Below are positions 36,765 through 45,469 of a stretch of 64,000 nt of DNA, one piece after another. How positions within the stretch are numbered: the first letter of the stretch is position 1; each line of letters begins with the position of its first letter. The notes under the pieces were generated by a model. That model ran no database searches and was not told the DNA's origin. It was given only the letters and a program-made list of their open reading frames with translations. The stretch comes from Bdellovibrionales bacterium (GTDB lineage Bacteria; Bdellovibrionota; Bdellovibrionia; Bdellovibrionales; UBA1609): assembly GCA_027459485.1 (NCBI GenBank), contig DAIDIG010000002.1:159597-223596 (forward strand), in the 5' to 3' direction. Position numbers and translations under genes: made by a program.

Positions 36765-38126
36765 ATGAAACTCCTCGAACGTTTGCAAGTCGGCCAACAG
36801 GATATTCAAGACAGTGCCATTGAAATCACGAAGACCACTTTTTCATCGATACCTTTTATCGCGGCGGGCTTAGTATCGGCGATCGTTTGTTCGATTTATT
36901 TATCTCTTTTTAAGAAGGCCGAGGGTCTCGCCTTTCAAACTTTTGATCATCATAAGTGGCAATTTCTTGTGATCGCCCCACTCGTTTTTATGGTGTCGAC
37001 TTGGATCGTGCGGCAATTCGCGCCCGGTAACGGCGGCAGCGGCATCCCGCAAGTTTTGGCTACACTCGAGGCCGAAGACCACGCGGCGGACCCGGCCCAT
37101 GCCGGGATGGTCGCCCCCGAAGTTCTATCGAAACGATTTTTAAATTGGAAGGTTTTGCCGGTCAAAATGCTCAGCTGTGTTGTCGGCGTGATCGGCGGCG
37201 GCGGCATCGGCCCTGAAGGCCCGTGCGTGCAACTCTCGGCTGTCATTTTTCGGATGGCGCGCGATTGGTGGCAGAAATTATTCGGCACGCAGGTCTCGTT
37301 TTACAACATGATTGTGGCGGGGGGCGCAAGCGGGATCGCCGCGGCCTTTAACACTCCTCTCGGGGGAGTGATGTTCGCCGTTGAAGAACTCGCGAAGTCG
37401 CACATTGCCACGTTTCGTCTGGGAGTGCTCGAAGCCGTGATTGCTTGCGGATTTTTGTCGCAGATTATGAATGGCCCGTATCTTTACCTCGGATTTCCGG
37501 TTCTGCCGACCGTGACGCTGAAAGATTTGCTGCTGGTTTTGAGCGTGAGTTTTGTCGCGGGTATCGCGGGCGCTGGGTTCGGTGTTGGGCTTCGCAAAGT
37601 CATTTGCTGGCGGCGTGCACTTGAGGGGCGACTCGTTTATTTCTCCGCAGCAGTCGGCGGATTCGCAACGGCTTTGTTGATTATCATTCTCGGCAAACCG
37701 GCGATTGGTTCGGGTCACGAGCTGATGAAGCATATTTTGTTTACTGGTCAACATCACCCCAGCGTATTCGGCGCGTTTCTGACAAGTGTCGCGCGATTCG
37801 TTTCACCGTTCTTTGTCGCCTGTGGCGATATTGCCGCGGGCATTTTTGCTCCGTCGCTTACGGCCGGTGCTTCAATCGGGCAGTTTCTCGGCCAAGCTTT
37901 TGATCCGGCACTCGGCAACCTCGCTCCAATTTGCGGGATGATCGGTTTTTTGACCGGTATCACGCGCACGCCATTGACGGCGTTCGTGATTATTATGGAG
38001 ATGACTGATCGTCACTCCGCCATTTTCGCGATGATGCTATCGGCGATCGTTGCCTTTATTTCGGCCCGCGCCGTCGATTCGAAATCGTTTTACGAACGCA
38101 TGGCCGAAGTTTATTTAGGGCATTAG
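36765..38126 (+). CDS. ClC-family chloride/proton antiporter
   Basis: GSGIP, GPEGP, AAFNTPLGG..FA.EEL, GIFAP, FY. Confidence 0.93.
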   Translation: MKLLERLQVGQQDIQDSAIEITKTTFSSIPFIAAGLVSAIVCSIYLSLFKKAEGLAFQTFDHHKWQFLVIAPLVFMVSTWIVRQFAPGNGGSGIPQVLATLEAEDHAADPAHAGMVAPEVLSKRFLNWKVLPVKMLSCVVGVIGGGGIGPEGPCVQLSAVIFRMARDWWQKLFGTQVSFYNMIVAGGASGIAAAFNTPLGGVMFAVEELAKSHIATFRLGVLEAVIACGFLSQIMNGPYLYLGFPVLPTVTLKDLLLVLSVSFVAGIAGAGFGVGLRKVICWRRALEGRLVYFSAAVGGFATALLIIILGKPAIGSGHELMKHILFTGQHHPSVFGAFLTSVARFVSPFFVACGDIAAGIFAPSLTAGASIGQFLGQAFDPALGNLAPICGMIGFLTGITRTPLTAFVIIMEMTDRHSAIFAMMLSAIVAFISARAVDSKSFYERMAEVYLGH

Positions 38127-38166
38127 CTGAGCAGACCCGAGCTTGTTTGCGGCCCGGGCAATGCTG

Positions 38167-38658
38167 TTATGGTCGGCACACACCCATTTGAACTAGCTTT
38201 TGTTTCGCCGGTATGACGTCGGTATCCATGCTAGCCATGCATCCCGTAATCGGCGCGTTGTTCAGGTAATAGACATAATCCGTGCAAGGGTTGCCCGCGG
38301 GGTTATATTTTAGAGTACAAACGCCGGGCATCGGTCGCGAGCACGCTCCACTTGCATAGTAATCCGAAAGCGAGTGTTCTACCTGATCTAGGTCAGCGAG
38401 GCACGGTGAAACTGGCGAATTGTTCGCGTAAACGACATAAGTCGTACATGAATTGCCAATGGGATTATATCTCAGTTCGCAGCTTGGGCCCATGACTGGT
38501 GGCGGTTGTGGTTGGCCAGAGCAAATGACCTGAGTGGTCTGCTGAGTTTGATAGTCATAGAATACTTTTGAACTTCCGGGTGTCATATATTCTCGTGGCA
38601 AGTTCTGTGCAAAAGCCGCTGAACCGACAAACACCATTGATATTACGACGCGTTTCAT
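38167..38658 (-). CDS. Secreted Cys-rich protein with two internal repeats
   Basis: Signal ending AFA; CELRYNP.GN.C..YV.Y.NN.P...C unit occurs twice. Confidence 0.8.
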   Translation of the reverse strand: MKRVVISMVFVGSAAFAQNLPREYMTPGSSKVFYDYQTQQTTQVICSGQPQPPPVMGPSCELRYNPIGNSCTTYVVYANNSPVSPCLADLDQVEHSLSDYYASGACSRPMPGVCTLKYNPAGNPCTDYVYYLNNAPITGCMASMDTDVIPAKQKLVQMGVCRP

Positions 38659-38748
38659 GATTTCCCCCTTTGTGATAAGTCCCCGGTCGAAACCTATTAG
38701 AGTGAAATCGAAAAGGCAAGCGGCAACGGTAATAGTAGGCTACGCGGC

Positions 38749-39138
38749 TTAACCGCCGAGGGCGCGTAACCGAGCAAAGTCGGGGACATTGGCGAGATTG
38801 AGTTCTTGGCCGGCCAAGCGGCTCGCCACGATTTTGCGCAAAACAGAGAGCGCGACTCCAACTGAATCGGCGGTATTAGATAACACGTGGGCATCAATTG
38901 CCGAATTACCGCTAGCTGCGCTCAAGCAAATTTTCTCGGTCACTGCGCAGAGCTCGCTGATTTCGGGGATGCCATATGTTTTTCCGGTGCCTTTGAGTTT
39001 GTGAAAGTCGTCGCGCAGGCGGGCGAAATCAAGCGCTTGCAGATGCGCTTCAATGTCATAAAACTTTTGCGGAAAGGATGCGAGGTACTCCGCCCGCAGT
39101 TCTTGCATCATTTTGTTAAAAGATTCGGCACCGTTCAT
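38749..39138 (-). CDS. Hpt-domain phosphotransfer protein
   Basis: FHKLKGTGKTYG motif. Confidence 0.88.
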   Translation of the reverse strand: MNGAESFNKMMQELRAEYLASFPQKFYDIEAHLQALDFARLRDDFHKLKGTGKTYGIPEISELCAVTEKICLSAASGNSAIDAHVLSNTADSVGVALSVLRKIVASRLAGQELNLANVPDFARLRALGG

Positions 39139-39168
39139 GTTAGGGCTCACGATTGTTCATACTACTGT

Positions 39169-40506
39169 TCACACCACGGCTCGCAATTGAGTATTGGGGG
39201 CATGTCGCCACTTTGGCAAGGTAAAGTAAAAAGTCGAACCTTCGCCGGGGCGCGAACGAACGCCGATCATACCGCCATGCTGTTCCACCAGAGTTTTGGC
39301 GATGGCGAGCCCGAGACCTGTGCCCTTCACGAGCGGGTTTTGCGGGCTCGAAGCCTGTCTGAATTTTTCAAAGATTATAGCTTGATCCTCGGGCGCGATG
39401 CCGCGGCCCTTGTCTTGAATCTCGACGCAAATATGGTCCGTTTCGGTCGGAGCGAATCTGACCGTGACGGCTTGACCTTCTGGGCTGTACTTCACTGCGT
39501 TTGAAAGAAGGTTCGTCAGAACTTGCTGGATGCGGTCGCAATCAATGTACAGTTCAAAGTTTGTAGCTTCCTCGCACTCGAGCCGAACTTGCGCCGCCTG
39601 GCAGAGGCCGTTGAGCCCCTGAAAAGTTTTACTGATCAGATCTTTTGACGATACCCATTCCTGATGGAGTGGGAACTGCCGCGCTTCTATTTTGGCGAGA
39701 TCTAATAGTTCGTTGATCAATCGAATCAAGCGGTCGGTTTCTTCAAGGGCGATGGACATGAGGTTTTGCGCTCCCTGACTGATCTTACCCATTATTCCGC
39801 CATTGAGAAGCGCGAGCGAACCTTTAATTGAAGTCAGCGGTGTGCGCAACTCGTGGCTGGCAATGTTCAAAAAATCCGACTTCGCTTTGTCGAGGGCTTT
39901 GAGCTCCTCAATTTGATTCAGAACTTCTTGGGCCATTTGATCGAACGCGTTCTGCAATTCCCCGATCTCGTTCGGCTCGGGCACAGCGAATTCGTAGGAA
40001 TATTCATTCTGCACGAATTCTTCCATTCGAGTCGAGAGTTGATGAATCGGTTTAAATAAATAGACGAGAACGTAAATCATGAGGCCAAAGCTGAAAAAGA
40101 GCGTCGAGCCGAGGGCCAAAGCGCCATAAAACCGAGCTCGTTTCAAAAAATACCGAGTGAGCGGTCGCAGATATTGCCGATATTCTTTCTCGCTTCGAGA
40201 CAAGTAGCGGAAATTGCGGCTGCTCGGGTCTTTGAACATAGCATCGGCCGCATCGGCGCGAAATTTCGGGCGCAGCGTCACGGCCTTGTCGCGCCACGAG
40301 TTGATCCACGCATCGTCTTTGTCGGTTTGATCGAGAGATTTATATTTGAACGCGACCATGGCGTCGACGAGATCGTAACTCGTATCGATTTCAGAGTTCA
40401 GGCGCGAGTACTGATCGAACGAAGCGAAAGTGAGAAACGCGGACGCGGCGACAACCGATAGGCAAGCGGCCGATATCAGAAGTAAACGCGCGCGAATCGA
40501 CTTCAC
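39169..40506 (-). CDS. Membrane sensor histidine kinase (HAMP-HisKA-HATPase)
   Basis: Two TM helices, EIGEL, SHELRTPL, NLLSNAVKY, DKGRGI, GTGLGL. Confidence 0.95.
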   Translation of the reverse strand: MKSIRARLLLISAACLSVVAASAFLTFASFDQYSRLNSEIDTSYDLVDAMVAFKYKSLDQTDKDDAWINSWRDKAVTLRPKFRADAADAMFKDPSSRNFRYLSRSEKEYRQYLRPLTRYFLKRARFYGALALGSTLFFSFGLMIYVLVYLFKPIHQLSTRMEEFVQNEYSYEFAVPEPNEIGELQNAFDQMAQEVLNQIEELKALDKAKSDFLNIASHELRTPLTSIKGSLALLNGGIMGKISQGAQNLMSIALEETDRLIRLINELLDLAKIEARQFPLHQEWVSSKDLISKTFQGLNGLCQAAQVRLECEEATNFELYIDCDRIQQVLTNLLSNAVKYSPEGQAVTVRFAPTETDHICVEIQDKGRGIAPEDQAIIFEKFRQASSPQNPLVKGTGLGLAIAKTLVEQHGGMIGVRSRPGEGSTFYFTLPKWRHAPNTQLRAVV

Positions 40507-40920
40507 TCAGCCCGCCTTCTGCCGGGCCGTGGCGCTCAAAATACGCTCGATCTGCGAGCAGAGTTGCATCGGGTCGAACGGCTTGGCGATGTAACCGACC
40601 GTGATTGGGCTAAATTCTTCGACTCGAGCCGTCTGCGGGTTGGCGCTCAGAAAAATGATGGGAGCCGTGCGCGCGCCGGACTCTCGAATTTCGATGCAAA
40701 CGTCAGCCCCACTTTTTTTCGGCATCATTTCATCAAGTAGGATGACGTCGAACGTGCCGGTGGTTGCGGCGGTTTTGGCTGCTTCGCCGTCGTTAGCCCA
40801 GGTCACTTGGTGATGACCGATTTGCTCGAGCGCCAGACGGGCGATCGTTGCGATGTTCGAGTCATCTTCGCACAATAGAATCTTCACGCGGCTCCCTTTC
40901 GCGTCGCTTGGCCGATCCAT
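40507..40920 (-). CDS. Single-domain response regulator
   Basis: ILLCEDD, LLDEMMPKKSG, FLSA, AKPF. Confidence 0.9.
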   Translation of the reverse strand: MDRPSDAKGSRVKILLCEDDSNIATIARLALEQIGHHQVTWANDGEAAKTAATTGTFDVILLDEMMPKKSGADVCIEIRESGARTAPIIFLSANPQTARVEEFSPITVGYIAKPFDPMQLCSQIERILSATARQKAG

Positions 40921-41579
40921 ACGCGGACGCGATGATAAAACGCATCGCTCACGCCGGCGAATGCGACACGGATTTCGTATCCGTCTTCGACTTTACGGCA
41001 GCCAATCACTTTCATCGGCGGCGGCGTTTTCAGTTCGAGTTTGCGAAAGAAATCTGAAACAACATTAACCGCCGTGCTTTCGGGGATCTCAACCGACGCA
41101 TGCAACACCAAACCGAGTTCGTTGATTTGCACGATGCGCGCGGCCGTTGAAATCTGTGCCACGGCGTAGGTTGAAGTCGGGGGCAATTCGTAATGTAGCC
41201 GTTCAACCGGCGGCTTTTTCTTAAAGAGATGATCGACTTTTTCAAGCAGGAGCATGGGGTCGATCGGCTTGATAATGTAATCGTCAACGCCGGCGCGAAT
41301 CGCCTTTTCAATGTCTTTTTTCTCCCGCAAGCCAGTGAGCATGGCAATGGCCATTCGTTCAAAACGTTTGTTATTTTTGACCGTTCGAACTAATTCAAAG
41401 CCCGAGAATTGGGGCATGTTAGCGTCGCTGATGAGCAAATCGAAGCGCGAGGCGTTCAAAAGGTCCATGGCCTTAACGGCGTCGACCGCTGTGAATACCT
41501 CGTGCTGGCTCAGAGCTAAAACTTTTTCGACGACACGAAGGACGTCCGGGTCGTCATCGACAACTAGGATTCGGCTCAT
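40884..41579 (-). CDS. Response regulator with C-terminal PilZ-like beta domain
   Basis: ILVVDDD, ISDANMP..SG, IKP; C-terminal ER.../QINELG.../VAF. Confidence 0.85.
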   Translation of the reverse strand: MSRILVVDDDPDVLRVVEKVLALSQHEVFTAVDAVKAMDLLNASRFDLLISDANMPQFSGFELVRTVKNNKRFERMAIAMLTGLREKKDIEKAIRAGVDDYIIKPIDPMLLLEKVDHLFKKKPPVERLHYELPPTSTYAVAQISTAARIVQINELGLVLHASVEIPESTAVNVVSDFFRKLELKTPPPMKVIGCRKVEDGYEIRVAFAGVSDAFYHRVRVWIGQATRKGAA

Positions 41580-41922
41580 GCCATTATGTCGGCGAATTGA
41601 TGCGAAAAATCCAGTAAACGAAGCAACTGCCGAAACTGGCCGTCGCGATGAGATAAATTCCGATGAACGTCCAGTGTGGCCCCCCGGCAATGGCCCAGGT
41701 GAAAAGGACGATGCCTAAAATATACCGTAGGATGCGCTCCCACATATCGAGGTTTTTTGGCATGAAATGATACTAGCTCGGGTTGCCGGATTTTGGTAGT
41801 GGACGCCAATCAATCGGTGAGCGCGTTTTTTGGGCGGGGGTGAGCCGGAGTGACAAATTTGAGCGCGGGTTGAAATTTGTTACAGTATTATTTGGAGCGG
41901 CAATTGTGGTAAATTGCCGCCT

Positions 41923-42618
41923 ATGCGAAGTATACGAGCGGTTTGCATTTTTTTATTCGCAATGAGCACTGTATTCGCCCTGTCCGCGAATGCCCGGTCT
42001 CGTGCGATCTATATTGAAGAAGGATTTGACGGCGCCTGGGTAAGCAGCCCTGAGATCGTGCGCTTTTTGTACCGCATCCCCCATTTGGTGAATAACGGCC
42101 GGGTCAGCCTTCTCCAGGGGTATGAATTCAGCACGCTACTTTCAAAAAATTCTCCTGATAGTTGGTACTCAAGCAAGTTTGATAAAAGCCCCGAACAGAT
42201 TCAAAACGATCGCAAAATTTTTGGAGCGCTCGACGACAAAATGGCGGCCGCGTATGAAAATCTCCTGAGCCACGATGAAATCGCCGCACATCTGGCCCGG
42301 TACGGAGTATCGGTGAAGCCGACCGATTGGACGAGTCCGACGACGTACGAATTGAACGATCCGTACATTGACGGCGTCGACACTTTTACCGTCGAAAGCG
42401 TTTGCGTGAAAAATCATGAAATTGTGCCGACGTACAATGCACTCGCGCGCGGCGTGCTCGCGATCCCGCCTTGCGCTGACGGTCAAATCTATTCCGTCAT
42501 AAAATTCGCACAAGTTCGCTATGACCCGTTTTGCGACGGAGTGCCTTGCCGTTCACCCGATGATCTGATTAACACCGTGCAAGTCGTGCCGTTGTTAACG
42601 ACTGTGGTGACAAAATGA
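41923..42618 (+). CDS. Secreted hypothetical protein
   Basis: Signal peptide ending ANA; four Cys in the C-terminal half. Confidence 0.7.
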   Translation: MRSIRAVCIFLFAMSTVFALSANARSRAIYIEEGFDGAWVSSPEIVRFLYRIPHLVNNGRVSLLQGYEFSTLLSKNSPDSWYSSKFDKSPEQIQNDRKIFGALDDKMAAAYENLLSHDEIAAHLARYGVSVKPTDWTSPTTYELNDPYIDGVDTFTVESVCVKNHEIVPTYNALARGVLAIPPCADGQIYSVIKFAQVRYDPFCDGVPCRSPDDLINTVQVVPLLTTVVTK

Positions 42619-42709
42619 GATTATGGTTGAAGGTCACGCAAGGGTATAATTTAAAAATTAAGCGCTGAGCCGTGGGAGGTTGCTCAGTAAAATCGGGTAT
42701 ACACCCCGG

Positions 42710-43018
42710 CTATTTTATCATTTCTTGAAGCTCGCCGGATTGATACATCTCCATCATAATATCGCTGCCTCCCACGAGCTCTTTGTTGACGTAGAGTTGT
42801 GGTATCGTCGGCCAGTTGCCGAATTCTTTAATGCCTTGGCGGACCGTATCGTCAGCCAATACGTCGACGCCTTGAAATTGAACTCCCAGCTCTTGCAAAA
42901 TCGCGACGGCTCGAGCCGAAAAACCGCATTGCGGGAATGACGGCGTACCTTTCATGAACAGCACCACGCGGTTCGAATTCAGAATCGATTCGATTTTCGT
43001 CTTTGTATTTGCGTCCAT
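42710..43018 (-). CDS. grxD: Monothiol glutaredoxin Grx4
   Basis: FMKGTP..PQCGFS, WPTIPQLY, GGSDI. Confidence 0.97.
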   Translation of the reverse strand: MDANTKTKIESILNSNRVVLFMKGTPSFPQCGFSARAVAILQELGVQFQGVDVLADDTVRQGIKEFGNWPTIPQLYVNKELVGGSDIMMEMYQSGELQEMIK

Positions 43019-43045
43019 TTTTTAGATCTCCTTCTATAAAATTAA

Positions 43046-43288
43046 TTAGGCGCCCGGCGCCGGTTTTGCGATCGTTTTGATTTGCAAAGCGTGAACTTCA
43101 CCCGTTTTCAGTTCGGCCGAGAACAGATCCATCACCGACTTGTGCTGTTCGATTCGCGATTTGCCGGCAAACGTACGCGAGGCTACTCGCACGTCAAAAT
43201 GATTATTCGTGCCGGTCGTGTCGAGAACTGCGACTTCGCAATCCGCCCACGCGTCTTTGATCCGCTTTTCAATCTGCTCAGCTGTCAT
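43046..43288 (-). CDS. bolA: BolA/IbaG family protein
   Basis: NHF.V.V.S..F.GKSRI.QH..V, VHALQIKT; adjacent to grxD. Confidence 0.93.
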   Translation of the reverse strand: MTAEQIEKRIKDAWADCEVAVLDTTGTNNHFDVRVASRTFAGKSRIEQHKSVMDLFSAELKTGEVHALQIKTIAKPAPGA

Positions 43289-43355
43289 AGCGCCCCCATA
43301 TAGCACAAGTTGAGGCTAATGACAAAACGTGTTATATCTCCCGATGGAGTAACTA

Positions 43356-43664
43356 TTGGCTGAAGAAAAGAGTGACCCTTATTTCGAAACTGCGGACGAA
43401 ACGCATATCCGGCGCGAAAAGGCACGGGCGCGCGAACTTCGTGAGTCGCAATGGTGGCGAGGTCAACTGGGGCAAGGTGTCTGCTACTATTGCCGTGAGA
43501 AATTCGAGAAATCCGATCTCACCATGGATCACGTCGTTCCGATCGTACGCGGCGGGCGCTCCACAAAATCGAACGTCGTCGTGGCGTGCAAAGAGTGCAA
43601 CTCACAAAAAAAATATTGGACGCCGGCCGAACTGGCGTTTCAAAGATTGCAAAAATCCACTTAG
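43356..43664 (+). CDS. Small HNH endonuclease
   Basis: CYYC...TMDHVVP..RGG....N.V.AC..CN..K; TTG start after GGAG. Confidence 0.9.
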   Translation: MAEEKSDPYFETADETHIRREKARARELRESQWWRGQLGQGVCYYCREKFEKSDLTMDHVVPIVRGGRSTKSNVVVACKECNSQKKYWTPAELAFQRLQKST

Positions 43665-43682
43665 CGTCTTACCGTTTACGTC

Positions 43683-45455
43683 ATGGCATCAAAAATAACT
43701 CAGCATAGCACCGCGGAGTATTTTGCAAAAAATCTCCAGCAGGTGGGTTTTTCATCGCCGGTCAAGGCGGTGTTAACGACATTGAAAGAATCCGTGGACA
43801 ACTCTCTCGACGCTTGCGAAGAAGCCGGTATATTGCCCGAACTTGAGGTAGTCGTGCGTCGCTTGGGCAACGGATCGGCGAAAAACACCGAGCTTGTCGA
43901 AGTGATCGTCGACGATAACGGCCCGGGTATCGACGCCGACGATTTGGCTTCGGTATTCGGCGAATACTTGTCCTCGTCGAAATTCGGCCGCGGTCGCTGC
44001 TCGCGCGGGCAACAAGGCATCGGGATCTCCGCCGCCACGACTTGGGCGCAACTCACCAACGCCGCCGGCGTAAAAGTCACGAGTAAAACGAAGGCCATGC
44101 GCAAAGCCGTGAAGGCGCAAATCGACGTCGACATCAAAGCCAATAAAGGCCTCGTGAAAAATAAAGAAACCATCGATTGGGATCGCCCCCACGGCACGCG
44201 CGTGCAGTTTTGCATCGACGGCCGAGTTCAGCTCAATGGTGACGGTGGAATACTGACCTATCTCGAAGGCACAACGTTGGTGAATCCACACCTGACTCTG
44301 AAATACAAACTCCTCGATAATGAGGCAGTCGAAGTGAAACGTGTCAGCGACGCGGTGCCTGAGGTGCCGCCGCCAACGCTTCCGCACCCTCATACGATGA
44401 AACTCGGCGAGTTCATGACCCACGCGCACCTTTTCGGCAAAGTGACACTCGACAATTTTTTGCGCAAAGGGTTTTCGAGAGTCGCCGATGAAGCGATCAA
44501 AGGATTTGTTCAACACGGTATGCCCAAGTCGTTTCTGCATAAGGCTCTGACGACTGTCTCTGAGGCCGAGTTCAAAACGGCATTTCAAGCGATTCAATCA
44601 ACCGAATTGCAAAATCCGTCGACGCGATCGGTGATGATCGTCGGCGAAGAAGCGCTATCGAAAAGCATTCAGCGGCTCGGCGAAGTGGATTTCTTTTCCG
44701 TCGTGGCTCGTAAGCCGCGCATCTGCGATTTTAAGCCGGTGGCTGTCGAGGTGGCGATCGCGCGCTTTATTAAGAAGCCGAATTTGAGCGACGAAGCTGA
44801 ACAAATTCAGCTTTTGCGTTTTGCCAATCGCGTGCCGCTTCAATTCGATAAAGCCGCCTGCGCCATCACGCAAGCGGTGGAGTCGGTGAATTGGCGCGCC
44901 TATGGCCTGCAGCAGTCGAAAGATTCTTTGCCGCTCGGCCCTTATGTCTTCGCGATCAGTGTCGTATCACCCTTCATTAAGTTTAAAAATGCCTCGAAAG
45001 AAACAATTGACGCGAGCGATGAGCTGGTCGAAGAAATTCGTCGGGCGCTGATGCAAGCCGGGCAAAAGCTCTCGCGTCATATCAAGCGCGAAGTGCGGGC
45101 CGCCGATCTCGAGAGAAAACTGCAGCACATCGAGAAATTCGGGCCGATTTTGGTTGAAGCCCTTGGTAAAATCGTGAATGCCCCGAAAGCGCGCGTGAAG
45201 CGGGCCGAAGATGGTTTGGCGAAACTATTGGGCCGCGACAGCCGCGATGCCGAAAAGGAACTCGCCGAAGCTGAAACGCAACTTGAAAAAGTGAAGGCCA
45301 AGCAAAAAGGCACATCTTCAGATGACGGCGAAGGTGGCGGCGAAGAAGTTGCGATCGAAGCAGCGTCCGCTTCAGATGAGGCGCCGATTGGGGCAGATGA
45401 GCGGCGCGGTCAACTCGAGATGGAATTTAAAGTCGAAGAACCCGAAGAGGTTTAA
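43683..45455 (+). CDS. top6B: DNA topoisomerase VI subunit B
   Basis: AEYF.KN, KE.VDNSLDA, DNGPGI, SSKF, SRGQQGIGISAA (GHKL), RFANRVPL, SKE. Confidence 0.95.
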   Translation: MASKITQHSTAEYFAKNLQQVGFSSPVKAVLTTLKESVDNSLDACEEAGILPELEVVVRRLGNGSAKNTELVEVIVDDNGPGIDADDLASVFGEYLSSSKFGRGRCSRGQQGIGISAATTWAQLTNAAGVKVTSKTKAMRKAVKAQIDVDIKANKGLVKNKETIDWDRPHGTRVQFCIDGRVQLNGDGGILTYLEGTTLVNPHLTLKYKLLDNEAVEVKRVSDAVPEVPPPTLPHPHTMKLGEFMTHAHLFGKVTLDNFLRKGFSRVADEAIKGFVQHGMPKSFLHKALTTVSEAEFKTAFQAIQSTELQNPSTRSVMIVGEEALSKSIQRLGEVDFFSVVARKPRICDFKPVAVEVAIARFIKKPNLSDEAEQIQLLRFANRVPLQFDKAACAITQAVESVNWRAYGLQQSKDSLPLGPYVFAISVVSPFIKFKNASKETIDASDELVEEIRRALMQAGQKLSRHIKREVRAADLERKLQHIEKFGPILVEALGKIVNAPKARVKRAEDGLAKLLGRDSRDAEKELAEAETQLEKVKAKQKGTSSDDGEGGGEEVAIEAASASDEAPIGADERRGQLEMEFKVEEPEEV

Positions 45456-45469
45456 TTAGAGGTGTTACT

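Noticed and set aside
42710-43288. bolA-grxD pair
   Set aside because: Widely conserved and well-described Fe-S trafficking pair
43372-43698. Alternate-frame ORF overlapping the HNH gene and top6B start, suggesting a frameshift fusion
   Set aside because: HNH has its own stop and top6B its own ATG; no evidence of recoding
43773-44597. Long antisense and alternate-frame ORFs (e.g. 274 aa opposite top6B, 215 aa opposite fusA, 205 aa opposite the kinase)
   Set aside because: Shadow ORFs of well-supported genes with no motifs of their own
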